Origin: Dendrobates tinctorius
Lineage: Eukaryota
Reading direction: 5' to 3'
Length of the DNA: 64,000 nt
Assembly (NCBI RefSeq): GCF_039654945.1
Contig: NW_027361681.1
Coordinates: forward strand, 3,968,001 to 4,032,000
In this document: positions 63,755 to 64,000 of the stretch, piece by piece
How positions within the stretch are numbered: the stretch's first letter is position 1
Layout: each line of letters starts with the position of its first letter
Translations under genes and position numbers: made by a program
Notes under the pieces: generated by a model
What the model was told of the DNA's origin: nothing
The model's database searches: none
What the model saw: the letters and a program-made list of their open reading frames with translations, nothing else

Positions 63755-64000
63755 GAGATGAATCTGTGCTGCCCTTTATGTACATGCTCAGTAGTGACCA
63801 GTGCTGTGGGGTCGTAGATGAGATGAATCTGTGCTGCACTTTATGTACAGTTCAGTAGTGACCAGTGCTGTGGAGTCATAGATGAGATGAATCTGTGCTG
63901 CCCTTTATGTACAGTTCAGTAGTGACCAGTGCTGTGGAGTGGTAGATGAGATGAATCTGCTGCACTTTATGTACATGCTCAGTAGTGACCGATGCTGTGG
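63755..64000. repeat. About 63-bp tandem repeat (gagatgaatctgtgctgccctttatgtacagttcagtagtgaccagtgctgtgg...), continues past the right edge
   Basis: Four copies visible. Confidence 0.9.

Overview
Vertebrate genomic DNA, most likely a frog judging by the MITE, SINE and minisatellite types; the species is an inference. Three intact spliced genes could be reconstructed by hand, all with GT-AG introns. (1) LRSAM1, minus strand: a non-coding exon 1 plus 12 coding exons, with the 3' part running off the left edge. (2) RPL12/uL11, plus strand: 7 exons, 165 aa, head-to-head with LRSAM1, hosting two SNORA65 H/ACA snoRNAs. (3) ZMYND19, plus strand: 6 exons, 227 aa. A fourth promoter and first exon is probable near 59.5-59.65 kb. 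The rest is about ten large minisatellite arrays, CR1 and L2 LINE fragments, a tRNA-derived SINE, many MITEs, two solo LTRs, and a decayed full-length Tf1/sushi-type chromoviral Gypsy element with nested insertions. The long ORFs in the supplied track are almost all repeat artefacts. Most notable: a structured RPL12 5'UTR element resembling the 28S rRNA site that uL11 binds; an 18-copy 113-bp array whose last unit supplies the 5' arm of a snoRNA; a ~70-copy array of splice donor plus CRE palindrome behind a promoter; a self-priming PBS in the Gypsy element; and a decayed hammerhead-like motif inserted in its 3' LTR. Comparisons with human and rRNA sequences are from memory and need to be confirmed by alignment.
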